Shown in pieces: positions 43,191 through 54,866 of a stretch of DNA of 64,000 nucleotides. The first letter of the stretch is position 1, and each line of letters opens with the position of its first letter. The translations under genes were made by a program, and so were the position numbers. Where the stretch lies: contig CAWBGA010000001.1 in NCBI GenBank assembly GCA_963788195.1, positions 320,001 through 384,000 on the forward strand, read 5' to 3'. The DNA comes from Nitrospirota bacterium (GTDB taxonomy: Bacteria; Nitrospirota; Nitrospiria; Nitrospirales; NS-4). Under the pieces are notes generated by a model. It was not told the origin of the DNA. It saw only the letters and a program-made list of their open reading frames with translations, and made no database searches.

Positions 43191-45359
43191 TTTGAACGGA
43201 CCTTTCGTCTCATCTCGGTGTTGCTCGCCGCCATCGGGTTCGTTGGATTGACTGCCACCGGGGATTTGCCTCCCGGCCTGGTCGTGCTGGGCTTGCTTGC
43301 GCTGGCGGTGACAGCGGCCTCAATGACGGCCTGGGCAAAGGGCACGGTTCTGGAAAAGCTCAGCCACGTCCCGCGCCGGATGTGGGACATCCTTCTCATA
43401 GTCGCGTTTATTGCTCTCATCGTGGATTTGATCTTCCTCTCCATGGACATCCTGGCCTCTGCCGTCAATTTTCTCATCGTGCTCATGGTCACCAAGCTCT
43501 TCACTCTACGAAGCCGCAAGGACTTTCTGCATCTGTATGCCGTGAGCCTTTTGGAACTGTTGGCGTGCGCAGCATCGACTCAAGACTTATGGTACGTGCT
43601 CATCTTCTTCGCGTATCTGTTTGTCGCGATCTGGGTGCTCCTGCTCTACCACCTACGTAACGAGGAGGAGGAACGTTCAGCGGTGGTCTCTGCATCGGAG
43701 ACGTCGCGATCGAGCTTGGCGCCGATTCGTGTGATTACTGCTCGATTATTCTGGACAACGAATGCCGTCGCTGCCGGCACATTGTGCCTGACAGTCGTCT
43801 TGTTTTTCGTCATCCCACGTATCGGCATCGGGTATTTTCAAAAATCCCGCGCTGACCTGATTCGAACCTCTGGGTTTTCCGACAAGGTGGATCTGGGGGT
43901 CATCGGCGCCATCAAACTGGACCCGACCGTGGTCATGCGAGTCGAATTTCCTGAGGAGCCAGGCCCGATTTCTGACCGTATGCATTTGTATTTTCGCGGA
44001 GCGGCGTACGACACGTATGACGGGCGGGCGTGGTACAACCGATTTACCCGCCGACGCTCGCCGACACGCCGATTGAATGGTTTCGTCAAGGCGAGCATGG
44101 CTTCCCCGATGCCGACCGCCGGGGCCACAGAGATCAGGCAGGAGATCCTTCTTGAGGCCCTGGATACAAACGTTCTTTTTGGAATTCCGTATATGCATCG
44201 GGTCAAGAGCGCGTTACCGGTTTTTCAGACGGATGAGATGGGCGGATTTTATCTGTCATTCCCGCCTTCCACGCGATTTCAGTACACGGTGTTCTCGATT
44301 CCTGAGATGCTGCAGAAAGGAGACCGGGACCGAGCCTCCATCGATGTTTCCCAATCAATGAGAGAACAATATCTCCAATTGCCGAGTGTAAGCCCCGACG
44401 TGCAATCCCTCGCCGAGAAGGTTACGGAGACATCCAAAAGCAGCTACGCGAAGGCACAGGCTATCGAACGCCACCTCCAGGAGAATTATCGGTACAGTCT
44501 GGATATTGAAACCTCGGTACAGAAGAGTCCCATCGAAGAGTTCCTGTTCATCCGAAAGACCGGTTACTGTGAGCATTACGCCTCCGCGATGGTCGTGCTG
44601 CTTCGGACCCTCGGGATTCCCGCCCGACTCGCCACCGGCTTTCTGGCAGGGGAGTGGAATGACTTCGGACATTACTATACGGTGCGGCAACGCGACGCAC
44701 ATGCGTGGGTAGAGGTGTTTTTCCCGCTCTCGGGATGGATGACATTTGATCCGACCCCGAATGTGATTGGGGCGGCCCCCAATCCGTTTTTGACGAGTGC
44801 CGGGAAGTTGGTCGACTCCATCCGTCTCCAATGGGATCGCTATGTGATCCGGTACAGCTTTCGTGATCAGGTCTCTATCAGCCACGACGCCCGGGCTCGT
44901 GCGGCCACGTACGGGGAACGGCTCTGGGCATTGGCGACACTGTCCGCTCAATGGATTAAATCGGTGGGGCAGTCGGTGGGAGAGTTCTTCATTCCCACTC
45001 GTCGGCTTTACATCACCGGCAGCATTGTTGTTTTGTTCCTCATTGCGACAACGCTGCTCCTGCGTCGTCGTGGCGCTGCGTCTCGGCGAACGGGCACATC
45101 CGACAACCAGACCGCTGCGACCGGCATGTACCGGCAGATGCTGGGCCTTCTCGAGTTACGCGGGATAAGAAAGCTCGAAAACACCACCCCGTTTGAATTC
45201 GCTCGGCTCGTCAGCCGGGACGGAAAGGATCTTGCGCCGTTCGTGCAGCCCCTCACAGAATGGTATTGCAGGGTTCGCTTCGGCCCTGCAGCGGCCGAGC
45301 TGCACGATCTCGCGCCGGCAACGCGCTGGCTCGCGGGGCTTCGAGCGACGCCGCGCTGA
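43188..45359 (+). CDS. Membrane transglutaminase-domain protein (TgpA-like, DUF3488)
   Basis: N-terminal TM helices; GYCEHYA, AHAWVE and FDPTP triad. Confidence 0.9.
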   Translation: MFERTFRLISVLLAAIGFVGLTATGDLPPGLVVLGLLALAVTAASMTAWAKGTVLEKLSHVPRRMWDILLIVAFIALIVDLIFLSMDILASAVNFLIVLMVTKLFTLRSRKDFLHLYAVSLLELLACAASTQDLWYVLIFFAYLFVAIWVLLLYHLRNEEEERSAVVSASETSRSSLAPIRVITARLFWTTNAVAAGTLCLTVVLFFVIPRIGIGYFQKSRADLIRTSGFSDKVDLGVIGAIKLDPTVVMRVEFPEEPGPISDRMHLYFRGAAYDTYDGRAWYNRFTRRRSPTRRLNGFVKASMASPMPTAGATEIRQEILLEALDTNVLFGIPYMHRVKSALPVFQTDEMGGFYLSFPPSTRFQYTVFSIPEMLQKGDRDRASIDVSQSMREQYLQLPSVSPDVQSLAEKVTETSKSSYAKAQAIERHLQENYRYSLDIETSVQKSPIEEFLFIRKTGYCEHYASAMVVLLRTLGIPARLATGFLAGEWNDFGHYYTVRQRDAHAWVEVFFPLSGWMTFDPTPNVIGAAPNPFLTSAGKLVDSIRLQWDRYVIRYSFRDQVSISHDARARAATYGERLWALATLSAQWIKSVGQSVGEFFIPTRRLYITGSIVVLFLIATTLLLRRRGAASRRTGTSDNQTAATGMYRQMLGLLELRGIRKLENTTPFEFARLVSRDGKDLAPFVQPLTEWYCRVRFGPAAAELHDLAPATRWLAGLRATPR

Positions 45360-45428
45360 AACCGCTTCCCGTGCTTTCTTGACAGGGTAGAGAGGGGGGA
45401 ATAGGATAGCCGTGAATTGAGCGGATTT

Positions 45429-46756
45429 ATGCAGATAAACCGAGGCCGGGCAGGGTATTTTACCGCTGTCCCCTGTTTGTCTGTGCTGTTTTTTGCCCTA
45501 TTCTTCCTGCCTGTGCCCGCATCCTCAGGTCCAGACTCCGGACTAGTCTATCTGGCCACGTTTGAAGGCGTCATCAACCCCGTCACGGCGGAATACATTA
45601 ATTCTGTGCTTTCGCAGGCCCAGGAAGGCAGTGCCACAGCCGTCGTCATCCAGTTGGATACGCCGGGAGGATTGGATACCTCCATGCGACTGATCATCAA
45701 GGACATCACCTCCTCAGCGGTCCCCGTTATCGTGTATGTGGCGCCGAGCGGAGGGAGAGCGGCATCGGCGGGAGTCTTTATTCTGTACAGTGCTCACATT
45801 GCTGCGATGGCGCCCGGAACGAATGTCGGCGCGGCGCATCCGGTGGCGATGGGCGGCGGGGAGATGGACGCCGTCATGAAATCGAAGGTGGAGAACGACG
45901 CGGCGGCGTATATCAAATCAATCGCCGAAAAGCGTGGTCGAAACGCCAAGTGGGCTGAAGAGGCCGTTCGAAAGAGCGTCTCCGTGACTGAAAAAGAAGC
46001 CCTAGCTTTGAAGGTGATCGATCTGATCGCGGATGACGTTCCGTCTCTTCTCACTGCCATAGACGGTCGCTCAGTGGTCACAGGGGCGGGCAAGAACGTT
46101 CTGCATACCAAGGGAGCGACGCTCAAGGACCTGTGCCGATGGGATGGCGGTTGGAAGCTTTGAAAGCATTGAGTGACCCCAACATTGCATTTATCCTCAT
46201 GACCCTTGGGACTATCGGTCTTTTGGCGGAGCTCTATAACCCCGGCGCCATACTTCCTGGTATTGTGGGGGCGATCAGCCTCATCCTGGCGTTCTATTCG
46301 CTTCAGACTCTGCCGGTGAACTACGCCGGCGTGCTACTTATCATCCTCGGGATCGTGCTGTTTATTTTGGAGATCAAAGTGGCGAGCTATGGATTGTTGA
46401 GCCTCGGGGGCTTGGCCGCGCTGATCTTTGGCGCGCTCTTGCTGGTGAAGACGGATGCTCCGTTCCTCAAGGTCTCGCTCTCGTTGATCGTTCCCGTGGC
46501 TGTGCTGGTTGGGGCGCTGCTCATGACACTGACATGGATGGCCGCCAAAACCCAACGCCGGGCGGCCGTCACAGGGGCAGAGGGCATGATAGGTACGATT
46601 GCGCTCGCCAAGACCGACGTGGCCCCGCGAGGTCGGGTGTTTGTCCATGGAGAGATGTGGGATGCTGTGAGTGAGGAGCCCATTCGTGAGGGCGAGGAAG
46701 CCAAGGTCAAAGCGGTCTCAGGCCTGACGCTAAAGGTGGCACCGCACCGCAAATGA
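45429..46756 (+). CDS. nfeD: NfeD-family membrane serine protease, frameshifted
   Basis: LDTPGG, RAASAG, GAAHPV, GEMW OB domain. Confidence 0.88.
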
Positions 46757-46771
46757 TTCGAAAGAGGAGCC

Positions 46772-47525
46772 GTGATGTTGATGCCCTATGTACTGCCGAT
46801 CATTCTTGTTGTCGCGCTGATCTATACCAGTATCAAGATCTTGATGGAGTACGAGCGCGGCGTGATTTTTTTCCTGGGAAAATTCCAGACCGTCAAGGGA
46901 CCTGGGCTCATTCATGGTGATTCCGGGCATTCAGAAGATGATGCGTGTCAATCTTCAGACCGTCACGATGGATGTGCCGTCGCAAGACGTCATCACAAGG
47001 GACAATGTCTCGGTGAAGGTGAATGCCGTCATTTTCTTCAGGGTCGTCGATCCGCAGCGGGCGATCCTCGCGGTGCAGGACTACCTCTATTCGACGTCTC
47101 AGATCGCCCAGACCACCTTGCGAAGCGTGCTCGGCCAGAGCCAGTTGGACGAACTACTCTCGAAACGCGAAGAGATCAATGTCGAACTGCAACGAATCAT
47201 CGACCAGCAAACTGAGCCATGGGGGGTCAAGGTCTCCGCGGTCGAGGTCAAAAACGTGGACTTGCCGCAGGAGATGCTGCGGGCGATCGCCAAGCAGGCC
47301 GAAGCCGAACGCGAGCGCCGGGCCAAGGTGATTCATGCCCAAGGCGAATTCGAAGCCTCGCAAAAGCTGTCCGAGGCCGCCACGATTCTAAGTAATCCGA
47401 CTGCGCTACAGCTGAGATATTTGCAGACTCTTGTCGAGGTCGGGGCTGAAAAGAACTCGACGATCATCTTTCCAATCCCAATTGATATTATTGCCTCCGT
47501 GTTACAAGCCGGAAAGAAGCCCTGA
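46772..47525 (+). CDS. Stomatin/SPFH (slipin) protein, frameshifted
   Basis: [39 protein letters not shown]. Confidence 0.9.
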
Positions 47526-47536
47526 CAAGTCCATCA

Positions 47537-48934
47537 ATGGAACAATCCCTGCCCTGGCAAGGATTCCCCCGCAGGATCGCCGGATTGGTTTCGCTCGGCG
47601 AACTATAATGCCACCCAGATCGTTCCCGTCGCCTTTGCGGGGTTCATTCTCGTAGGCGCCCTGATGTTAATGACGCCGTTCGCGACGAGCGGACGAGCCA
47701 TTGGGTTCACTGACGCCCTGTTTACAATGACCTCGGCCGTCATGTGTGACAGGTCTGATCGTGCTCGACACGCCAAAGGATTTCACGGTCTTTGGGCAGT
47801 TGGTCATCCTGACCGGAATCCAGGTCGGTGGGCTAGGGTACTCGACAATGGCAACGTTACTGTTGCTGTCGCTTGGCCGAAGGCTCGGCATGCGTCAGCG
47901 GATGATGATGATGGAAGTGTTGAGCACGTTGAGCATGGAAGGCCTGGTCGCGTACGTCAAGATTATTGCCGTCATAACGCTGGTTATCGAAGCCGCCGGG
48001 GCGATCCTTCTCACGGCTCGGTTCGCCTTTGACATGGACCTCGGACGCGCCCTTTATTTCGGAATTTTCCATTCCGTGTCGGCATTTAACAATGCAGGGT
48101 TCTCCCTCTTTTCGGAAAACCTTATTCCTTACAGAACCGATCTGGTTGTCAACCTCACGATCTCGCTTTTGATCGTCCTGGGGGGGATCGGCTTTTTGGT
48201 CTTTCGGGATATCCTGGACAATCTTCACGGAGAGCGCTTTCGGTTTTCGACGCATAGCAAACTGGCGCTTCTCGTCATCAGGATTGTTGATACTTGGAGG
48301 GACAGTGGGTATATGGGGTTTTGAAGTACAAAACGATGAGACCCTGGGAACTCTGCCGTTAGGAGAGCAGATGCTGGTGGCGTACTTTCATTCGGTCTCG
48401 GCGAGAACGGCAGGTTTTAACACGATCGATCTAAGCCTGATGGGCCACTCGACTCTTTATCTCATTATCCTTCTCATGGTGGTGGGGGGATCCCCCGGAA
48501 GTACGGCAGGCGGAATAAAGACAACCACCTTTGGCATTATCATCGCGTCCCTCTGGAGCATCCTGAAGGGCCGCGCGGATGTTATGATGTTCCATCGGCG
48601 TATCCCGCAGGAAATTGTGATGAAGTCGTTTGTGTTAGCGGCCCTGGCGTGGGGCGTGGTCACGGGTTTTACAATGGTGCTGTCCTATTCTGAGAAGCAG
48701 GAATTTCTAAGAATTCTATTCGAGGTGGCGTCCGCCGCTGGAACCGTCGGGCTGTCGACCGGCAACGGAGGAGTCTTGAGTTTATCCGCCCTCTTTAGCG
48801 AGTTCGGGAAACTTATGATTATCGGCACAATGTTCATAGGGCGATTTGGGCCCCTGCTGCTCGGGTTATTTGCGGTACGAACCCATGAAGAGCTTCGTTA
48901 CCGCTATGCAGAGGCACGCGTGGTCATCGGATAG
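47537..48934 (+). CDS. trkH: TrkH/KtrB potassium uptake membrane protein, frameshifted
   Basis: VTGL, FNNAGF, RTAGF and GTVGLS selectivity loops. Confidence 0.9.
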
Positions 48935-48947
48935 TGAGGGAGAATGA

Positions 48948-49637
48948 ATGAAACGGCAGGTGGCGGTGATCGGGCTCGGACGATTCGGTTATGGCGTTGC
49001 GGAAACTCTGATCCGCAAAGGATGTGAAGTTCTCGCGATCGATACGGACCCTGAAAAAGTCCAATCGATCAGCGATCTGGCCACTTTTGCTGTCCAATGC
49101 GATGCCACGGATCAAAGAGCGCTCAAGGCGATCAGCATTCAAAATGTCGATGTAGCCGTGGTGAGTATCGGTGAAGACATCGAAGCCAGTATCCTGATCG
49201 TTCAGACGTTGAAGGAATTGGGCGTCAAGCAGATCATCGCTAAAGGGGTCACACCTCTCCACGGCAAGATCCTGGAAAATCTCGGGGTCACCGAAGTGAT
49301 CTTTCCCGAACGCGACGCCGCGACCCGTCTGGCCCAACGGCTGATATCTCCTAATGTTTTCGAATACTTTGAACTGGTACCGGGTTATAGCGTCGAAGAA
49401 GTCGCAGTGCCTAACCACCTCTCGGGGCTCCGACTCCGCGAGGCGCAGATTCGCGAAAATTATAGTATCAACGTGATCGGGATAAAGAAGAAGGTCACCC
49501 GCATGGTCAAAGGTCAGATGGTCAGTGAGGAGGTATTTAACGTGACGCCTTCGCTCGATGATGTCATCGAAAAGGGGGATGTGCTGGTCGTCATCGGGAA
49601 GCAGGAAGACCTCGATCGCCTTACCAAGCTGGAATAA
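48948..49637 (+). CDS. trkA: TrkA/KtrA regulatory subunit
   Basis: IGLGRFG RCK_N, FPERD, RCK_C domain. Confidence 0.9.
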   Translation: MKRQVAVIGLGRFGYGVAETLIRKGCEVLAIDTDPEKVQSISDLATFAVQCDATDQRALKAISIQNVDVAVVSIGEDIEASILIVQTLKELGVKQIIAKGVTPLHGKILENLGVTEVIFPERDAATRLAQRLISPNVFEYFELVPGYSVEEVAVPNHLSGLRLREAQIRENYSINVIGIKKKVTRMVKGQMVSEEVFNVTPSLDDVIEKGDVLVVIGKQEDLDRLTKLE

Positions 49638-49640
49638 ACT

Positions 49641-49745
49641 ATCGCACCCAACCCGCCCCGGCCCCCGCCAAGACGGAGTCCCTTTCCCGCGGACACCCGC
49701 CCTCCCCCCGGGAGTTTGTGTCCAGATTCCTCATCTCCTTGCAAC
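49641..49745 (-). repeat. G-rich modular repeat, locus D
   Basis: Minus strand GGGAAAGG-GACTCCG-TCTTGG-CGGGGGC-CGGGGCGGGTTGGGTGC. Confidence 0.7.
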
Positions 49746-49769
49746 GTTCGCCCTTGTATCTTGATTCTT

Positions 49770-50912
<1,143 letters not shown>

Positions 50913-50929
50913 CATTCAAGACAGTCGCT

Positions 50930-50988
50930 GAGCCTGTCGAAGGGCCACCGCTACGCTCCCGTTCTGCTTCGACAAGCTCAGCACGAAC
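50930..50988. repeat. Remainder of the REP-like palindrome interrupted by IS110
   Basis: GAGCCTGTCGAAG (50930-42) plus right arm CTTCGACAAGCTCAGCACGAAC (50967-88). Confidence 0.85.
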
Positions 50989-50999
50989 AGGAATTTCGC

Positions 51000-51190
51000 C
51001 CTGGAGAGGCTTTGCCAGGAGGACACGCATTTGCGCCTTGCATCCATCTCGCCCCGCCCTGGAACCTTATTTCACCCGCCACACCCCGGCCCTGTATTGC
51101 ACCCGCCCTTCCCCCGGCATGCCAAGACATGCCGTCGGCCCATGGGACGGGGCCTTGGCCCGGACAGGTTCCTTCTGCCCCTAGCCCCGC
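51000..51190 (-). repeat. G-rich modular repeat, locus B
   Basis: Reverse complement is colinear with locus A (GGCATGTCTTGGCATGCCGGGGG...GGGTGCAAT...GGGTGAAATAAGGTTCCAGGG). Confidence 0.85.
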
Positions 51191-51284
51191 TACTTGATAT
51201 GCCGCCAAGATGGGTTACCAACGCGGCTTGACCTTCTACTTGATATCCGCCCAGCGCTGGTTACTATTATTTATCCGGACACGA

Positions 51285-51380
51285 GCTTAAGAGGTAAGAC
51301 GCTGGCCCGGTAGTTTGACAACTAGGCGGCGACGCAGAGCTTTTTGTCTATTGTGCAAACAGAAAGGGTTACCTTACCAA
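51285..51380 (+). promoter_or_regulatory. Candidate c-di-GMP-I (GEMM)-like riboswitch variant
   Basis: GGTAAGA-stem-ACGCAGAGC-stem-GGGTTACC order resembles GEMM; no GAAA tetraloop. Confidence 0.4.
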
Positions 51381-51488
51381 GAAACAGGAGCCTGTGGATT
51401 CATAGAACATTAGACATTTTACAGGGATCGGGTGTCTAACGGGTTAAAGACACGGAAGCCCTCTCGGAGAGACTCATAGGATATTAAG

Positions 51489-52721
51489 GTGTCGACCATG
51501 GATGAATTAGCCGAAAAAAATCTAAATATTGACGAGGATGTCGAAATAGCGCCCGACCTCGCCCTTGTAGGAACAGAAGAGCAAGGCGAGGAGATCCCGC
51601 CTGGCGACGAGGATGTCCAGCCAAAGGCCCGAGCCACTAAGCGGCCTGGGGAGCTGGAGTGGATGTATTTCCAGTCTTTTGGAAAACAGGCCCTACTGAC
51701 GCGTGAGGGCGAGGCGGTTCTCGGAAAACGCATTGAACGGGGAGACCGCCTTGTTCGGCAGTCCACACGGAGCGCACTGGCGATTGCAAGGCGGCTTCGG
51801 CCCTCGGAGGCTGTGAAGGCGTGCAGGGTGGACTTTAAAGCTGTGCTTGCAGTGAGCGGGCTCTCGGCTACAGATCTCGAAAAAGGTAGCCGAGCGATTA
51901 AAGCTTTGATCAAAGAGGTTGGAGTGCCGGGCGGCCGGCTGACCTCCCAGGCCCGGACACTAAAGGCTCTTCTCGAGGAGTTCCGGGTTGGGTGGGCTGA
52001 GCTTGAAAAGGCCAAGGCTGAAATGGTGGTGTCCAACTTGCGATTAGTCGTTGACCTCGCCAAGCATTACAATGGGCGGGGACTGAGTTTGTTGGACCTT
52101 ATTCAGGAAGGTAACATCGGCCTCATGAAAGCGGCCGAACGGTTTGATTATCGGCGCGGATTTAAGTTCAGCACCTATGCGACATGGTGGATACGTCAGG
52201 GAATAACGCGCGCCCTGGCCGATCAGTCCCGTACTATCCGAATTCCCGTTCACATGACGGAAAACTTTCAACGGGTACACAAGGCCAGTCGGCAACTGTC
52301 TCAGCGCCTAGGCCGGGCTCCTTCCATTGAAGAAGTGGCGGGGTCCGTAAAATCCACAGGTGAACGAGTGGCTCAGACCCTGCAAGCATTCCAGGAAGTC
52401 GTCTCTCTCGAATATCCCGTCGGTGACGGAGAGGCCTTGCTCGGCGACTTTATTCCGGATCGTGAGTCGCCGACTGCAGACAGTCTCGTAGATCGAAGTC
52501 AAATGAGCCAACAGGTGGCGCAGGTGCTAGGGTCGCTCAGCCCTCGTGAAGAGGCGGTGGTCCGCCTACGTTTTGGGATCGGTCAAGGCGAAGCCATGAC
52601 GCTCGAAGAAGTAGGACGTACCTTAGGGGTTACACGTGAACGCATTCGCCAGATCGAAGCGAAAGCTCTGATAAAACTTCGCACTCCGGAGTTCCAGCAA
52701 GTATTACGTCCGCTGCTTTAG
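51489..52721 (+). CDS. Sigma-70 family group 1/2-like sigma factor
   Basis: [37 protein letters not shown]. Confidence 0.92.
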   Translation: MSTMDELAEKNLNIDEDVEIAPDLALVGTEEQGEEIPPGDEDVQPKARATKRPGELEWMYFQSFGKQALLTREGEAVLGKRIERGDRLVRQSTRSALAIARRLRPSEAVKACRVDFKAVLAVSGLSATDLEKGSRAIKALIKEVGVPGGRLTSQARTLKALLEEFRVGWAELEKAKAEMVVSNLRLVVDLAKHYNGRGLSLLDLIQEGNIGLMKAAERFDYRRGFKFSTYATWWIRQGITRALADQSRTIRIPVHMTENFQRVHKASRQLSQRLGRAPSIEEVAGSVKSTGERVAQTLQAFQEVVSLEYPVGDGEALLGDFIPDRESPTADSLVDRSQMSQQVAQVLGSLSPREEAVVRLRFGIGQGEAMTLEEVGRTLGVTRERIRQIEAKALIKLRTPEFQQVLRPLL

Positions 52722-52783
52722 ATGCTTCTGTGATGTTCCGGTCAGCTTTCTCATGAATCCTAAATATGCCACAATAGGGGCCG

Positions 52784-53818
52784 ATGGAGCCTGGAATGCG
52801 AAAAGTCCGCTGGGAGGTCTTGCTGAGACGCAACTCCGTCGGGCTACTTATGGCACTCGGCGTCTTGACTGTCCTTCCCGTCGGCGCTCAGACTGCGCCT
52901 AAAAGCCTCTCGGTTCCCGATACGGTGGCGGAGGTATTACCCTCCGTCGTCAGCATCATGTCTCAGGGGACACGGGTTGCGCCGTTTCAACCGTTTCCCG
53001 CAGGTTCCGGTTCAGGTATCATCATTGCTCCGGGGTACATTTTGACGTCCAACCATCTGGTCACGGGCTCAACCCGACTCGTGGTGGGACTTCATGATGG
53101 TCGCCTGGTTCCAGGTCGGGTCGCGGGACGGGACTTCCTCACGGATCTTGCTTTGATCAAAGTTGAGATTGACGGTCTGGTTCCTGCGAAGCTCGGGCAG
53201 TCGTCGAAGCTGCGGATTGGTGAAACGGTGGTCGCAATCGGAAACCCATTGGCAGTAAAAACAGGCACTACGGTGTCGGTTGGCGTCGTGAGTGCAGTAG
53301 ATCGGGCGATCTTGCCTCCAACCGGCGAAACTCTATACAATCTGATTCAGACAGATGCCGCGTTGAATCCTGGCAGTAGCGGGGGTCCACTTGTCGATCT
53401 GTCTGCCAGCATCATCGGAATCAGCACCGCCGTGGCCCCTGCCGCACAGAATATCAGCTATGCCATTGCCATCGATGAGGCCTTCGCGGTGGCGCAATCA
53501 TTGATCGTCCGGGGGAGTATGTTGCGACCCCCGCTGGGTTTTACTCCCATCACTATAACTCCCAGCGTTGTCGCTGCTTTCAACCTTGATGTGGAGCGGG
53601 GGGTGTTAGTCCTCCAGGTTGAAGCTAATGGCCTTGCCGCGGAAGCGGGCCTTCGAGATCAGGACGTGATCACCGCTGTCGATCTGACACAGATCTATAA
53701 CATGTCGGACTTGTGGCACGCGCTGCTCAGAAATGGCGCCTCTCCCGTTGCAAGGCTTTCCGTGGTGCGGAAGGCCGCGCAGGAAAATATTCTGATTAGG
53801 CGCCCCATTAACAAGTAG
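52784..53818 (+). CDS. HtrA/DegP-like trypsin serine protease with PDZ domain
   Basis: LTSNHL, DLALIK, NPGSSGGPL. Confidence 0.88.
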   Translation: MEPGMRKVRWEVLLRRNSVGLLMALGVLTVLPVGAQTAPKSLSVPDTVAEVLPSVVSIMSQGTRVAPFQPFPAGSGSGIIIAPGYILTSNHLVTGSTRLVVGLHDGRLVPGRVAGRDFLTDLALIKVEIDGLVPAKLGQSSKLRIGETVVAIGNPLAVKTGTTVSVGVVSAVDRAILPPTGETLYNLIQTDAALNPGSSGGPLVDLSASIIGISTAVAPAAQNISYAIAIDEAFAVAQSLIVRGSMLRPPLGFTPITITPSVVAAFNLDVERGVLVLQVEANGLAAEAGLRDQDVITAVDLTQIYNMSDLWHALLRNGASPVARLSVVRKAAQENILIRRPINK

Positions 53819-53826
53819 GATTCACC

Positions 53827-54519
53827 TTGGTTTTCCCGGCTCGTCTCCTTAACCTGGGATTGACTACGTATGCGGACGCCTGTGATCTCCAGGTATTGCT
53901 TCATGAGGCCCGCGCGGCTAACCGAATTGAGGATATACTGATTATTACTGAACATCTTCCAGTGTATACCCGTGGTCGCACGGCGCGTCCCGAGCACTTG
54001 GCGGGATGGTGGGATCGAAACACGATCAATGGCATCCCGGTATGCATAACCGACCGCGGCGGCTCGGTCACCTACCATGGACCCGGTCAGCTTGTGGGAT
54101 ACCCCATCCTTGAGCTCCGGCGGTACTGTGCCGGCCCGAAAGCGTACGTCGGTCTTTTGGAAGAAGTGCTGATCCGAGGCCTGTCACAGCTGGCGATAGT
54201 GTCAACCCGCCGCCGTGGCAAGCCTGGGGTATGGGTGGACGGGCGGAAGATCGGCGCCATTGGGGTCAGGATCTCAAAAGGGGTGACACGGCATGGGTTT
54301 GCGCTGAATGTGACAAATGAGCTCCACCCGTTTTCAGCAGTTTTGCCTTGTGGGCTGAGCGACTGTGTCGTCACCTCCGTTGCCCGCGAATCAGTCGGGG
54401 AGGTGACTTTCAGCGCGGCCATGCAGGCGGTGACAAGAGAATTTCAACAGGTATTCGAGTTGTCTTGGCTTGACGGGCTACAGGACATGGAGGGGAAGGC
54501 ATGCACGCCGACGATCTGA
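53827..54519 (+). CDS. lipB: Lipoyl(octanoyl) transferase
   Basis: EHLPVYTRG, RGGSVTYHGPGQ, KIGAIG, HGFALN, PCG. Confidence 0.92.
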   Translation: MVFPARLLNLGLTTYADACDLQVLLHEARAANRIEDILIITEHLPVYTRGRTARPEHLAGWWDRNTINGIPVCITDRGGSVTYHGPGQLVGYPILELRRYCAGPKAYVGLLEEVLIRGLSQLAIVSTRRRGKPGVWVDGRKIGAIGVRISKGVTRHGFALNVTNELHPFSAVLPCGLSDCVVTSVARESVGEVTFSAAMQAVTREFQQVFELSWLDGLQDMEGKACTPTI

Positions 54520-54860
54520 TTCGATACAGCCTACTGAACTATTTGATCGAGGCCCATGAATGTCAGCTCATCTCAGCGAATGTGGCGGTGTTGAGCGAAA
54601 TCGCCGAGTCCGATTGGGAGCAGGTTCAGGACGTCTTAAATCAGCTCTCTCAGGATGGGGATATTGTCATGACAAAGGACAACCAGCCATATCGGAGCGG
54701 GGTGAACGGTGGCTGGTTTTTTCACGCCGGCAACTTTCAAATTAAAGCCACTGTCCGCGGCCGTCGGGAGTATGCAAAACTTCAGATCCTTAAGGAACCT
54801 CCCGTCGGAGAGCTGGATGGTCAGTCTCCTTCGGAAGGGGCGGGTTCCCAGCAAGGTTAG
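54501..54860 (+). CDS. Hypothetical protein, possibly winged-helix
   Basis: GGAGG RBS; fills the gap between lipB and gdh. Confidence 0.6.
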   Translation: MHADDLIRYSLLNYLIEAHECQLISANVAVLSEIAESDWEQVQDVLNQLSQDGDIVMTKDNQPYRSGVNGGWFFHAGNFQIKATVRGRREYAKLQILKEPPVGELDGQSPSEGAGSQQG

Positions 54861-54866
54861 ATCAGG

